DNA of 43,947 nt from Clostridiales bacterium (GCA_012518075.1 JAAYTG010000025.1:1-43947); one strand, 5' to 3'. Positions 1-9,452 are shown, counted from the stretch's first letter. Notes: generated by a model not told the origin, from the sequence alone. Program-made: numbers and translations.

Positions 1-1337
1 ACATGATTCGTCTGAGGAAACATGTCTACAGGTTGAACTTCTTGCACCTTATACTCCCCATCTGTCAGATATTTCAAGTCCCTGGCCAGTGTGGCTGGGT
101 TACAAGACACATATACTATTCTATTTGGCTGAGCATGAATTAAAGCATCCAACAACCTAGGATCACAACCTTTCCTTGGAGGATCGACCACCGCTACATC
201 AACCTTAAGGCCTTCTTCTATCATATTAGGAATGATGACTTCGGCTTGCCCTTGAATAAACTCTACATTTTCAATATTGTTTTCCATTGCATTAATCTTG
301 GCATCCTTGATTGCCTGTGGCACAATTTCTATGCCATATACCTTTTTGGCCTTTTCAGCCATAAACAATGAAATGGTGCCAATACCACAATAAGCGTCTA
401 TTACCCCTTCATTGCCTGTTAACCCTGCATACTCCAGAGCTTTATTATAGAGGACAGCTGTCTGTATAGGATTTACTTGAAAGAAGGATAGAGGAGATAT
501 TTTAAACTTTAATTCCCCTATATAGTCTACTATATGATCCTTACCCCATAGTAGGATATTCTTTTCACCTAATATAACATTGGTCTTTTTAGAGTTGATA
601 TTTTGTACAATGCTTACTATATTAGGGATATTCCTCTTTAAATCTTCAATCAATTTGTCCTTATGGGGCAGAACATCACCATTTGTAACAATTATAACCA
701 TGATTTCTCCACTGCGGAAACCGATCCTACTAACTACATGTCTAACAATTCCTTTATGTGGGATCTCATCGTAAGGCATAATATTATATTCATCCATATA
801 TTTTCGTACAGCTTTAATAATATTGTCATTAATACTATGCTGTATATCACAAGTATTCATATCAATAATATTGTGACTTCTAGGTGCATAAAAACCTATA
901 GTCAATCTATTATGTGCAGTACCTACGGGAAGCTGCACCTTATTACGATAGTTCCATGGTTTTTCCATTCCTATAGTATTGTAAATATGAACATCTTCTA
1001 ACCCCCCGATTCGCTTACAGGCATCCTCAACTAATTGTCTCTTAAAGTCCAATTGTAGTGAATATGACATATGCTGCAACTGACAACCACCACATTTTCC
1101 GGCATATGAGCACTTAGGTTTAACCCTTTGATTGGATGGCTCTATTACCTCTAATAGCTTGCCATATCCATACCTTTTCCCTACCTTCACAGCCTTAATC
1201 CTAATCTTTTCACCAGGTAGAGCACCAGGAACAAACATGGTAAATCCTTTTATTCTACCTATTCCCTCACCATTCATCCCAAGATTATCTATTTTCATCT
1301 CATAGTCTCGGTTTTTTGCTACTGGAACTTGCTCCAA
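1..1337 (-). CDS. rlmD: 23S rRNA (uracil-C5)-methyltransferase, RumA/RlmD (RlmCD) family. The 3' end runs off the window, so roughly the last 15-20 aa are missing.
   Basis: Minus-strand frame is open from TTG at 1337 to position 1. SD GGGAGG lies at 1345-1350 with a 7-nt spacer. It is absent from the ORF track because there is no stop in the window. My own translation gives a TRAM-like N-terminus (LEQVPVAKNRDYEMKIDNLGMNGEGIGRIKGFTMFVPGALPGEKIRIKAVKVGKRYGYGKLLEV), an Fe-S motif (CSYAGKCGGCQLQH), a SAM motif (IDAYCGIGTISLF) and a C-terminal VYVSCNPATLARDL...VDMFPQTNH. Confidence 0.85.
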   Translation of the reverse strand, partial: MEQVPVAKNRDYEMKIDNLGMNGEGIGRIKGFTMFVPGALPGEKIRIKAVKVGKRYGYGKLLEVIEPSNQRVKPKCSYAGKCGGCQLQHMSYSLQLDFKRQLVEDACKRIGGLEDVHIYNTIGMEKPWNYRNKVQLPVGTAHNRLTIGFYAPRSHNIIDMNTCDIQHSINDNIIKAVRKYMDEYNIMPYDEIPHKGIVRHVVSRIGFRSGEIMVIIVTNGDVLPHKDKLIEDLKRNIPNIVSIVQNINSKKTNVILGEKNILLWGKDHIVDYIGELKFKISPLSFFQVNPIQTAVLYNKALEYAGLTGNEGVIDAYCGIGTISLFMAEKAKKVYGIEIVPQAIKDAKINAMENNIENVEFIQGQAEVIIPNMIEEGLKVDVAVVDPPRKGCDPRLLDALIHAQPNRIVYVSCNPATLARDLKYLTDGEYKVQEVQPVDMFPQTNH

Positions 1338-1561
1338 ATTACTTCCTCCCAAACTTAAGAATTAATCTTAAATAATAAACTACTAGCCATATTATATATT
1401 TAATACTAGAATTCCACAAATATTTTCTTCTATTATTTTATCTAGTAAATGACATGAAATATTATAGTAAAATTGGTTAAGCTAGATATATAACACGGTT
1501 GTCTCTCATGAGATTAGATAAACTTTTTTGTCCAAAATAGGTTTATTGATAAACTAGACAA

Positions 1562-1591
1562 GATATTTAGGGATATTTAAGGATGTTTAGA
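1562..1591 (+). repeat. Three tandem 10-bp direct repeats: GATATTTAGG / GATATTTAAG / GATGTTTAGA.
   Basis: Read directly from the sequence. The repeats have helical-turn periodicity and sit 20-50 nt upstream of the SD of the FMN-binding lipoprotein gene. Confidence 0.7.
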
Positions 1592-1626
1592 GACCATCAA
1601 CAGAATTGGAAGGAGGTGAAAGATAT

Positions 1627-2154
1627 TTGAATAGTAAAAAAAGCATACTTTTTATTACGGTGCTAATACTTTTTTCTCTAACAGTTGCGGCCTGCGCTGT
1701 TACAAAACAGCCTCCTAGCAATGAAGGCAAATCTTCTGATTTAAGTCCATCTGATAAAGCTCCCACCGAAGAGGAAAAAGAAGAGCAAACTCCCAAAAAT
1801 GACGAAAATCCCGATGGACCTACAACAGCTCAGAATGCAGAAGATGGTGAGTATGAGGGAAGAACTGAAAAAGACGAACGGGGTAACTATGGCGTAGCCA
1901 AGATCACTGTAAATGATGGAAGAATAACCGAAGCCGAATATACCGAATACACTGATGATGATAAGCCCAAATCCCGTGAAGGCGGATATGATTATGAACA
2001 AGCTTTAAACGCCTTTGAAGATCTTCCTGACATTCTTATTGAAAAACAGGATGTAAACAATATAGATACCTATGCTGGTGCAACAGGTACAACCAAGACT
2101 TTTAAAGCTGCGGTAATGAAAGCCCTAGAAAAGGCAGCTAAAAAAAGCAGCTAA
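1627..2154 (+). CDS. Extracytoplasmic FMN-binding (FMN_bind) domain lipoprotein.
   Basis: The ORF track gives 1606-2154. An in-frame TTG at 1627 has SD AGGAGGTG (1611-1618) 8 nt upstream, so I prefer that start. Signal peptide with lipobox (LFSLTVAAC). Acidic low-complexity linker. C-terminal FMN_bind-like domain carrying DTYAGATGTT, a flavinylation-type D-x-x-x-G-A-T motif. Confidence 0.7.
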   Translation: MNSKKSILFITVLILFSLTVAACAVTKQPPSNEGKSSDLSPSDKAPTEEEKEEQTPKNDENPDGPTTAQNAEDGEYEGRTEKDERGNYGVAKITVNDGRITEAEYTEYTDDDKPKSREGGYDYEQALNAFEDLPDILIEKQDVNNIDTYAGATGTTKTFKAAVMKALEKAAKKSS

Positions 2155-2190
2155 GGAATGATTATTCCTTAGCTGTTTCCTTCTTATTAT
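2141..2190. terminator. Bidirectional intrinsic terminator between convergent genes.
   Basis: Perfect 12-bp stem CAGCTAAGGAAT (2148-2159) / ATTCCTTAGCTG (2164-2175) with a 4-nt loop. A T-rich tail follows on the plus strand, and a T7 tract follows on the minus strand (the complement of A2141-2147). The stop codon of the plus-strand gene lies inside the stem. Confidence 0.85.
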
Positions 2191-2207
2191 TTCTATAATT
2201 AATTGTT

Positions 2208-2639
2208 TTAGGCCTTGTTTGTACAGCGCAAGAACAATTGATATAGTTCAAAATCTGCTTTTCGTATATTGACTGGCTTTAAATTTTTATCGGTTATTGC
2301 ATGAACTGTTTTACCTTTTGCTAGCAGACAATTATCATCACGTCGCATCACATCATATTCCATGGTGATTCGTGCACCTGAGAATCTTGTCATAGATGTT
2401 TTTATAACTATAGTGTCATCGTATAGCGCTCCTTGGAGATATTGACAATGGGTTTCCGTCAAGGGAAGCATCAATCCTCTCTCTTCCATTTGCTTATAAG
2501 TAATTCCTTGTTCCCTCATATACTCGGTTCTGGCCACTTCAAACCAGACGTAATAATTGGAATGGTGAACCACTCCCATCTGATCAGTCTCCTTATATCT
2601 CACCCGTATCTCTGTATCCACCGTCAACAGTTTGATCAT
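2208..2639 (-). CDS. YbgC/FadM-type acyl-CoA thioesterase (4HBT hotdog fold).
   Basis: 143 aa. IRVRYKETDQMGVVHHSNYYVWFEVARTEYMRE is typical of the 4HBT/YbgC family. It lies immediately downstream of pyk. Confidence 0.8.
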   Translation of the reverse strand: MIKLLTVDTEIRVRYKETDQMGVVHHSNYYVWFEVARTEYMREQGITYKQMEERGLMLPLTETHCQYLQGALYDDTIVIKTSMTRFSGARITMEYDVMRRDDNCLLAKGKTVHAITDKNLKPVNIRKADFELYQLFLRCTNKA

Positions 2640-2642
2640 CTC

Positions 2643-4397
2643 CTATACCACTTTGGTTTTACCATTATATACAAATCCCTTAACCGGATCGATGGTTACA
2701 TATAGCCCGTCGTGGAGTATCTCGGTAATCTCCTGAGCACCTACAACAGTAGGTATCTCTAGGGAAAGCCCTACTATTGCAGCATGAGAGGTTATTCCTC
2801 CCTCCTCTGTAATAATAGCAGCAGCTTTTTTTATAAATGGGAGTAAGGCATTATCCGTAGCTTTAGTGACTATAATATCTCCTTCTTGAAACCTGGTTCT
2901 AGCATCCATTACATTATTTATGACACATACCCTGCCATGTGCTGATCGATTTCCAATACCCGTACCCTTGGCTAAAATATCCCCTATAACATTAACCTGA
3001 ATTAAATTGGTTGATCCACTTATACCCACTGGAACTCCTGCTGTTATTACAACTACGTCTCCCCGCTTTACTATTCCTGTATGGGTAGCAATCTCTACTG
3101 ACTTCTCTATCATCTTGTCAGTATTATCGATGTTGGGAGATTTGTAAGGCCATACACCCCATACCAAAGAGAGTTCCCTGTAGGTAGTTTCATCAGTGGT
3201 AGTGGCAATAATATGGGAGGATGGACGATACTTAGATACCATTCTAGCTGTGTGTCCAGTCCTAGTAGCGGTGATAATAGCCCTGGCGTTAAGGTCATGA
3301 GCTATGGAGCATGTAGCATGACTTATTGAATTTGTCACCGTTGGTTCCTCACCTACTATTCGTTTTTCAAAAGCGCCTATATAGTCTATACTACTCTCTA
3401 CTCTTTCTGCTATTTTAGCCATAGTCAATAAGGCCTCAACGGGATACTTCCCTATAGCCGTTTCTCCTGAAAGCATTATTGCATCCGTTCCATCGTATAT
3501 TGCATTGGCCACATCACTAGTTTCTGCACGTGTTGGTCTGGGATTTCTGATCATAGAATCCAGCATCTGAGTAGCAATTATAACCGGCTTGCTTACAGCA
3601 ATACACTTTTTTATAATAGTCTTTTGGGCAATAGGAACCTCTTCAGTAGGGATTTCAACACCCAAATCTCCTCTAGCCACCATGATGCCATCTGATATCT
3701 TAATTATATCATCTATGTTCTCTAATCCTTCTTGGTTTTCGATTTTTGCTATAACTTTTATATTAGTACCATGGTTTTCTTCTAGTACTTCCTTAATTGC
3801 CAAAACGTCTGCCGACTTTCTTACAAAGGAAGCTGCTATATAATCCACTCCCTGAGATATTCCGAATTTAATATCTTCGATATCTTTAGAAGTAATAGCA
3901 GGTAAGCTTGTGGATACACCCGGTATATTGACCCCTTTACCGCTCCCCAGTGTACCACCATTGACTACTTTACAATGTATTTCCTTACTGGTAACATCCT
4001 CCACTACTAGCTCTACTAATCCATCGTCTAAAAGGATAGTAGTATCTTTACGAACATCTCCAGTCAATTCTTTGAAATGCACCGTTACCTTGCTTTCATC
4101 ACCTTCAATATCTTCAGTGGTTAGAATGAATTTCTGGCCCTCTGAGAGTTGTACTTTGCCATCTTTAAACTTGCCTATGCGAATCTCTGGCCCTTTGGTA
4201 TCTAAAAGAATGGCAACAGGAAGCCCCATGGCCTTCCTGATCTTTTTTATCAAAGCTATTTGTCTTCCGTGTCCTTCATAATCGCCATGGGAAAAATTTA
4301 AACGTATAACATTTGCTCCATTTTTTAACAGGCTTTTCAGAATTTTAGGATCTTCGCTAGCAGGCCCTACAGTGCATATGATTTTCGTTTTTCTCAT
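2643..4397 (-). CDS. pyk: Pyruvate kinase with a C-terminal PEP-utiliser (mobile) domain.
   Basis: 584 aa. MRKTKIICTVGPAS, NFSHG and MVARGDLGVEIP motifs are present. The C-terminal ~100 aa (GGITSHAAIVGLSLEIPTVVG) is the PEP-utilising domain common in Firmicute Pyk. pfkA-pyk synteny supports the call. Confidence 0.97.
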   Translation of the reverse strand: MRKTKIICTVGPASEDPKILKSLLKNGANVIRLNFSHGDYEGHGRQIALIKKIRKAMGLPVAILLDTKGPEIRIGKFKDGKVQLSEGQKFILTTEDIEGDESKVTVHFKELTGDVRKDTTILLDDGLVELVVEDVTSKEIHCKVVNGGTLGSGKGVNIPGVSTSLPAITSKDIEDIKFGISQGVDYIAASFVRKSADVLAIKEVLEENHGTNIKVIAKIENQEGLENIDDIIKISDGIMVARGDLGVEIPTEEVPIAQKTIIKKCIAVSKPVIIATQMLDSMIRNPRPTRAETSDVANAIYDGTDAIMLSGETAIGKYPVEALLTMAKIAERVESSIDYIGAFEKRIVGEEPTVTNSISHATCSIAHDLNARAIITATRTGHTARMVSKYRPSSHIIATTTDETTYRELSLVWGVWPYKSPNIDNTDKMIEKSVEIATHTGIVKRGDVVVITAGVPVGISGSTNLIQVNVIGDILAKGTGIGNRSAHGRVCVINNVMDARTRFQEGDIIVTKATDNALLPFIKKAAAIITEEGGITSHAAIVGLSLEIPTVVGAQEITEILHDGLYVTIDPVKGFVYNGKTKVV

Positions 4398-4409
4398 CTT
4401 ATCCTCCGA

Positions 4410-5369
4410 TTATATTGACAACACTTTTGACATCTTGTACATCTCTTTGTCAAACTCTTTCTTCATTGCTAAACCTTCCTCAAGATCACAGTCCATGATT
4501 TTATTATCCCGTATACATATCACTCTATTTCCTATTCCTTCTTTGAGCAAGTTTACAGCATGGTAGCCCATTCTGCTTGCAAGAACTCTATCTGCCACCG
4601 TAGGATTACCACCCCTTTGGATGTGTCCTAAAACCGTAGCCCTTGTCTCAATTCCAGTCTTCTCTTCAATTTCTTCACACAAATCGTTAACATTGAACAT
4701 ACTCTCAGCCAACACTATAATATGGGAACGCTTGCCTCTATCTCTCCCTTGGATTAGTCGTTTACATAAATCGTTTAACTCAAAAGGAATCTCAGGAATG
4801 ATTATATGCTCCGCTCCCCCTGCAACACCTGTATAGAGGGCAATATCCCCTCTACCTCTACCCATGACTTCTATAACATTGGCCCTTTGGTGAGAAGTAA
4901 CAGTATCCCTAATTTTATTTATAGCGTCTACGACAGTGTTTGTAGCGGTATCAAAACCAATTGTATAATCGGTGCAACTGATGTCATTATCTATGGTACC
5001 GGGAATTCCAATAGTTGGAACACCTAGGTGGCATAAATCTTTTGCCCCCCTCAGTGACCCATCTCCACCAATAACTACCATTCCTTCAATTCCAAAAATC
5101 TCGACAATATTGCGAGCCTTGTTCTGTCCCTCAGTAGTCTTAAACTCATCAGATCGGTCGGTATGCAAAACGGTTCCGCCTCTATGTACTATATCTCCTA
5201 CAGAAGCAATGTTCATCTCTCGAAGATCCCCATTTATAAGACCATTATATCCTCTTCGAACTCCTATTACTTTCATATCGTTATAAATTGCAGTTCGAAC
5301 TACTGCTCGTATTGCAGCATTCATTCCAGGAGCGTCTCCTCCACTTGTCAAAACTCCAATTGTCTTCAT
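4410..5369 (-). CDS. pfkA: ATP-dependent 6-phosphofructokinase.
   Basis: [30 protein letters not shown] and PGTIDND motifs. I prefer the ATG at 5369 (SD GGAGG at 5380-5384) over the ORF-track start at 5405, which would add 12 non-conserved residues. Confidence 0.95.
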   Translation of the reverse strand: MKTIGVLTSGGDAPGMNAAIRAVVRTAIYNDMKVIGVRRGYNGLINGDLREMNIASVGDIVHRGGTVLHTDRSDEFKTTEGQNKARNIVEIFGIEGMVVIGGDGSLRGAKDLCHLGVPTIGIPGTIDNDISCTDYTIGFDTATNTVVDAINKIRDTVTSHQRANVIEVMGRGRGDIALYTGVAGGAEHIIIPEIPFELNDLCKRLIQGRDRGKRSHIIVLAESMFNVNDLCEEIEEKTGIETRATVLGHIQRGGNPTVADRVLASRMGYHAVNLLKEGIGNRVICIRDNKIMDCDLEEGLAMKKEFDKEMYKMSKVLSI

Positions 5370-5394
5370 TTTCAATGAACCTCCTAAAACATAT

Positions 5395-5592
5395 CTAATA
5401 TCCATTTTCTATCAGTATATCATGGGCCTCTTCTGCTTCAGATTGAGGGACTAACACCTCATAGCAATTCTCTTCGGGAGTCACATTCTGGTATACCGGT
5501 TTCATATGGAATAGAATATCCTCTTCTCGCAGGAGATTTTCTATGGCTTCTGAAATTGCTTTGTTATGTGCCATATATATTACTATCCACAT
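5395..5592 (-). CDS. Small (65 aa) DUF2007-like protein (putative signal-transducing fold), function unknown.
   Basis: ATG at 5592 is preceded by GGAGG (5600-5604, 7-nt spacer). The sequence [21 protein letters not shown]...[17 protein letters not shown] resembles the DUF2007 beta-alpha-beta pattern. The family assignment is from memory only. Confidence 0.5.
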   Translation of the reverse strand: MWIVIYMAHNKAISEAIENLLREEDILFHMKPVYQNVTPEENCYEVLVPQSEAEEAHDILIENGY

Positions 5593-5625
5593 TATAAGGC
5601 CTCCCTTTATATTCTCACTTTTCAT

Positions 5626-5853
5626 TCATTTACCAGAACTAATCTCACCGTGTTTGGTGTAAATAAGTGCCTTACCCCGTATCTTTATAGCAGAAGTATT
5701 CTCAGTGAACTCAGCTATCATAACTTCACCTTCGTCCAGCTTCTCAGTGTGATGAAATTTGGTATCTTTCCCACGTGTCAACCCTATTATACTTACTCCA
5801 TCCTCTTGAGCAAGAATACAGATGTAGTCACTAATAATTTTTTTTGGTTCCAT
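5626..5853 (-). CDS. Hypothetical 75-aa protein.
   Basis: ATG at 5853 with SD AGGAGG upstream (taggaggtaatgaaagATG). No family recognised. It is the first gene after dnaE and is co-oriented with pfkA-pyk. Confidence 0.5.
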   Translation of the reverse strand: MEPKKIISDYICILAQEDGVSIIGLTRGKDTKFHHTEKLDEGEVMIAEFTENTSAIKIRGKALIYTKHGEISSGK

Positions 5854-5936
5854 CTTTCATTACCTCCTAAGTGGCTAATAAAATAATGGTGTCTAAACAG
5901 TTGAAACCACTGTCCTATAATAGCTTTTGTCATCAC

Positions 5937-5945
5937 ATTATATCA
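5937..5945 (-). promoter_or_regulatory. Candidate extended -10 (TGaTATAAT) for the small-ORF/pfkA/pyk unit.
   Basis: The minus strand reads tatGATATAATgtg. No good -35 is present. Confidence 0.3.
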
Positions 5946-5981
5946 TATATGTTTAGCAATATGCTACTATCTTAAACAACT

Positions 5982-8900
5982 TTATACAAGCTTAACACAT
6001 TCTTTGCCTAATAATCTAGAAAGTTCTTCTATCAATGTATTATCTTGTCTTATCCACAATTCACGTTCAGCAAGGCCTTGTTTCCTAGTTGATTCAATAT
6101 ATAAAATAACCGGTATATTTCCCCTATATCTTCTCAATATGGGATTAAGCTGATTGCTTATATTAATCTTGCTGTTTTCGGCTATTTTTAAGTACAGCTT
6201 TTTATTCATAGATAGGTTCAAGGGTGTCACCCGATCACATATTATCTTAGGATCTTCATCCTCTCTTAAGCTAAGTTTACCTTCTATAACAACTGTACTA
6301 TCATTGTCCAAAAGCTTAGAGTATTTTCTATATATTGCTGGAAATACTATTATCTCAATTGATCCATAGAGATCTTCTAAAGTAACAAAGGCCATCATAT
6401 TTCCAGTTCTTGTACTCTTTCGTTTATGATCCACAATAATACCACCAATTTTGACCATTAAACCATCTTTTAATTGATTGACTGCAATCATATTTTCTTC
6501 TTCAAAATCGACTTGTTGAAGGTCTAGGGTAGTGGTCAGACTTTCCAATACGTCCTTGTATTCCGATAAAGGGTGTCCACTAATATATACTCCTGTAATT
6601 TCCTTTTCCATTTTAAGCAAAATGTTTTTAGGGAACTCTTTAATGTCAGGCAATATCTCAAAGTCCATTGGCTTTTCCTGCTGCACCATGGCTTGATCAA
6701 ATAAGGACATTTGGCCATCAAGATTCTTTCTCCGATCTTGTACAACACCTTCAAGAACTTTTTCATATACCGCCATTAGCTGAGACCTATAAGCTCCTAA
6801 TGAATCAAATGCTCCACATTTTATCAAGCTCTCTAACAAGCGCTTATTTATTCCAGCCCTATCCACTTTTTGGCAAAAATCCAAAATGCTTGTAAAACTG
6901 CCTTTTACCTCACGAGCTTTTATAATACCCTCAATAGCAGGTAAACCTACGTTTTTAACAGCAGCCAGACCGAAGCGAATTTTATTGCCAACAACCGAAA
7001 ACTTTGCAAAACTTTCATTTACATCGGGAGGCAGCACTTCAATGCCTCTTTTTCTACAATACTGAATATAGCCTGCAACCTTACTACTATTTCCCATGAC
7101 ACTGGTCATCAAAGCCGCCATAAACTCCACAGGATAATGATATTTTAGCCAAGCTGTCTGGTATGCAACCAGAGCATAAGCAGCAGCATGGGATTTATTA
7201 AAGGCATATTTTGCAAAGTCCATCATTTCATCAAATATCTTGTTGGCTTGCTCCACCTCAACACCATTTTTAAGGGCCCCAGGTACTAGTACATTGCCCT
7301 TTTCGTCTTCAAGCCCATATATAAAATGATGGCGTTCCTTTTCCATAACCTTCGTATCCTTCTTAGACATAGCACGTCTCACTAAGTCAGATCTACCCAA
7401 GGAATAACCAGCTAAATCCCTAACAATCTGCATGACCTGTTCTTGATACACCATACAGCCGTAGGTAACCTCTAGAATATTTGTTAAGCAGGGATCGGTA
7501 TATTCAATAGATTCAGGATGGTTTTTATTCTCGATATATCTGGGTATTTGATCCATTGGCCCCGGTCGATACAAGGATATCCCTGCAATAATATCCTCAA
7601 AATGGCTGGGTTTTAGCTCCTTTAGGAAGTGTCTCATTCCCCCGCTTTCTAATTGAAAAACCCCATCCGTATCACCTTGACTTATCATTGTATATACACC
7701 GGAATCATCCAGAGATATATTATGAATATCAATTTCTATATCCTTATTGTTCTTTACAAGTTCGATGGTATCCCGAATTACAGTTAATGTTCGTAGGCCT
7801 AAAAAGTCCATCTTCAAAAGACCTAATTCTTCCAGGACTCCCATAGCAAATTGTGTAGTGATAATATCGTCGTTCGTTTGGAGTGGTACATGCTCAGTAA
7901 TAGAATCCTTGGATATTACCACTCCTGCTGCATGTGTAGATGCATGTCGTGGAAGACCTTCTAGGCTCCGAGAGGTATCAATTAGTTTTTTTATTGTAGA
8001 ATCATTTCTATATAAATCACGAAGCTCACCATTAACTTGCAACGCCCGATCTATTGTCATGCCCAGCTCCATGGGTATGGCCTTGGCAATCCTATCAACA
8101 TCTGCATAGGGAAGGTTGAGTGCCCTTCCTACATCCCGTATTACCGCCCTAGCTGCCATGGTACCAAAAGTAATTATTTGAGCTACTCGATCAGCACCAT
8201 ATTTTTGCACTACATAATCTATTACCTCTTGCCTTCTTTCATAGCAAAAATCAATATCTATATCAGGCATGCTTATTCTTTCAGGGTTTAAAAATCTCTC
8301 AAAAAGTAGATTATATTTTAGAGGATCAATTTGAGTTATGTTAAGAGTGTAGGCCACCAAACTTCCTGCTGCACTTCCACGACCTGGTCCTACCATAATT
8401 CCATTATCTCTTGCAAATTTTATAAAATCCCATACTATCAAGAAATAGTCGACATATCCCATTTTTTCGATAGTATCCAGCTCGTATTGAAGGCGCTCTC
8501 TTACCTCGTCGGTAACTTCAGAATACTTTTCCTTTATACCTTGCCTGCATAGATATCTTAGATACTCTGAAGAAGTATAGCCTTCGGGTACCTGGTATTT
8601 GGGTAGGTGTATTGTATCGAAGTCAAACTCTACATTGCAGCTGTCAGCAATTTTAATTGTATTTTCTATTGCTTCAGGATAGGAAGCAAATAATGCCTGC
8701 ATCTCCTTAGGAGATTTCAAATAGAATTCCTGAGAATCAAATTGCATTCTATTCTCATCCTCTATTGTCTTCCCAGTCTGTATACAAAGTAAAACATCAT
8801 GAGCCTGGGCATCCCCAGGCATAACATAATGAACATCATTGGTTGCAACTAGAGGAATACCAGTTTGACGACTTAAGTTTACAATAAGCTGGTTAGCTCT

Positions 8901-9452
8901 TTTCTGCTCTTCCATTCCATGGTCTTGCAATTCCAAAAAGAAATTATCTTTACCTAAAATTTTCTCCAGATTTAAGGCTAAATCTGCTGCTTTTTTCGAT
9001 TGACCAGACAGTAGCAACCTAGGGATATCTCCCGCCAGGCAAGCACTTAGCCCAATTAGCCCTTGGCTATACTTAGATAATACTTTGTAGTCTATTCTTG
9101 GTTTATAATAAAAGCCATCTGTAAAGCCCATAGATACAAGTTTTACAAGGTTTTGATACCCGATTTGATCTTTGGCAAGGAGGACCAGATGAGCATAATT
9201 ACTATCCGTATGTGACTCTTTGTCAGTCATAGAACGGGGGGCTATATAGACTTCACAACCAATTATTGGTTTTATGTCTCTGGCTTTTGCTTCTTTATAA
9301 AAATCCACTACCCCGTACATAACTCCATGGTCAGTAATGGCCAAACTATTCATTCCCAAATCTTTACATCTATCTAACAGATGGGTAGTACGACCTGCAC
9401 CATCTAATAGACTATACTCGGTATGAGTATGGAGATGGACAAAACTGGTCAA
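5982..9452 (-). CDS. dnaE: DNA polymerase III alpha subunit (DnaE type).
   Basis: The ORF track gives 5982-9461 (GTG start). SD AAGAGGTG (9459-9466) overlaps that GTG and sits 6 nt upstream of the in-frame TTG at 9452, so I prefer 9452. N-terminal PHP motif FVHLHTHTEYSLLDGA. Length ~1156 aa, with polymerase core, HhH and OB regions. Confidence 0.95.
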   Translation of the reverse strand: MTSFVHLHTHTEYSLLDGAGRTTHLLDRCKDLGMNSLAITDHGVMYGVVDFYKEAKARDIKPIIGCEVYIAPRSMTDKESHTDSNYAHLVLLAKDQIGYQNLVKLVSMGFTDGFYYKPRIDYKVLSKYSQGLIGLSACLAGDIPRLLLSGQSKKAADLALNLEKILGKDNFFLELQDHGMEEQKRANQLIVNLSRQTGIPLVATNDVHYVMPGDAQAHDVLLCIQTGKTIEDENRMQFDSQEFYLKSPKEMQALFASYPEAIENTIKIADSCNVEFDFDTIHLPKYQVPEGYTSSEYLRYLCRQGIKEKYSEVTDEVRERLQYELDTIEKMGYVDYFLIVWDFIKFARDNGIMVGPGRGSAAGSLVAYTLNITQIDPLKYNLLFERFLNPERISMPDIDIDFCYERRQEVIDYVVQKYGADRVAQIITFGTMAARAVIRDVGRALNLPYADVDRIAKAIPMELGMTIDRALQVNGELRDLYRNDSTIKKLIDTSRSLEGLPRHASTHAAGVVISKDSITEHVPLQTNDDIITTQFAMGVLEELGLLKMDFLGLRTLTVIRDTIELVKNNKDIEIDIHNISLDDSGVYTMISQGDTDGVFQLESGGMRHFLKELKPSHFEDIIAGISLYRPGPMDQIPRYIENKNHPESIEYTDPCLTNILEVTYGCMVYQEQVMQIVRDLAGYSLGRSDLVRRAMSKKDTKVMEKERHHFIYGLEDEKGNVLVPGALKNGVEVEQANKIFDEMMDFAKYAFNKSHAAAYALVAYQTAWLKYHYPVEFMAALMTSVMGNSSKVAGYIQYCRKRGIEVLPPDVNESFAKFSVVGNKIRFGLAAVKNVGLPAIEGIIKAREVKGSFTSILDFCQKVDRAGINKRLLESLIKCGAFDSLGAYRSQLMAVYEKVLEGVVQDRRKNLDGQMSLFDQAMVQQEKPMDFEILPDIKEFPKNILLKMEKEITGVYISGHPLSEYKDVLESLTTTLDLQQVDFEEENMIAVNQLKDGLMVKIGGIIVDHKRKSTRTGNMMAFVTLEDLYGSIEIIVFPAIYRKYSKLLDNDSTVVIEGKLSLREDEDPKIICDRVTPLNLSMNKKLYLKIAENSKINISNQLNPILRRYRGNIPVILYIESTRKQGLAERELWIRQDNTLIEELSRLLGKECVKLV

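Noticed and set aside
580-1001. Plus-strand ORFs 580-774 and 663-1001 from the ORF track.
   Set aside because: They lie antisense inside the well-supported rlmD/rumA reading frame. Their translations are low-complexity, Ile/Asn/Phe-rich, and typical of shadow frames in AT-rich DNA. Neither has an SD.
1587-2001. Minus-strand ORFs 1587-1796 and 1741-2001.
   Set aside because: They are antisense to the FMN-binding lipoprotein gene. They have no SD and give compositionally odd translations, so they are shadow ORFs.
2433-5378. Numerous 60-125-aa plus-strand ORFs inside the thioesterase, pyk and pfkA genes (for example 3589-3843, 3910-4281, 4972-5286).
   Set aside because: All are antisense to strongly supported minus-strand genes. 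None has an RBS or any recognisable motif.
5370-5405. N-terminally extended pfkA start at 5405 ([12 protein letters not shown]...).
   Set aside because: The extension is not PfkA-like and would overlap the upstream small ORF. The ATG at 5369 gives the canonical [13 protein letters not shown]-terminus and has GGAGG upstream.
5896-5915. CcpA cre site near the pfkA-unit promoter (TTGAAACCACTGTCC).
   Set aside because: It matches WTGNAANCGNWNNCW poorly: the central CG and the 3' half-site are both missing.
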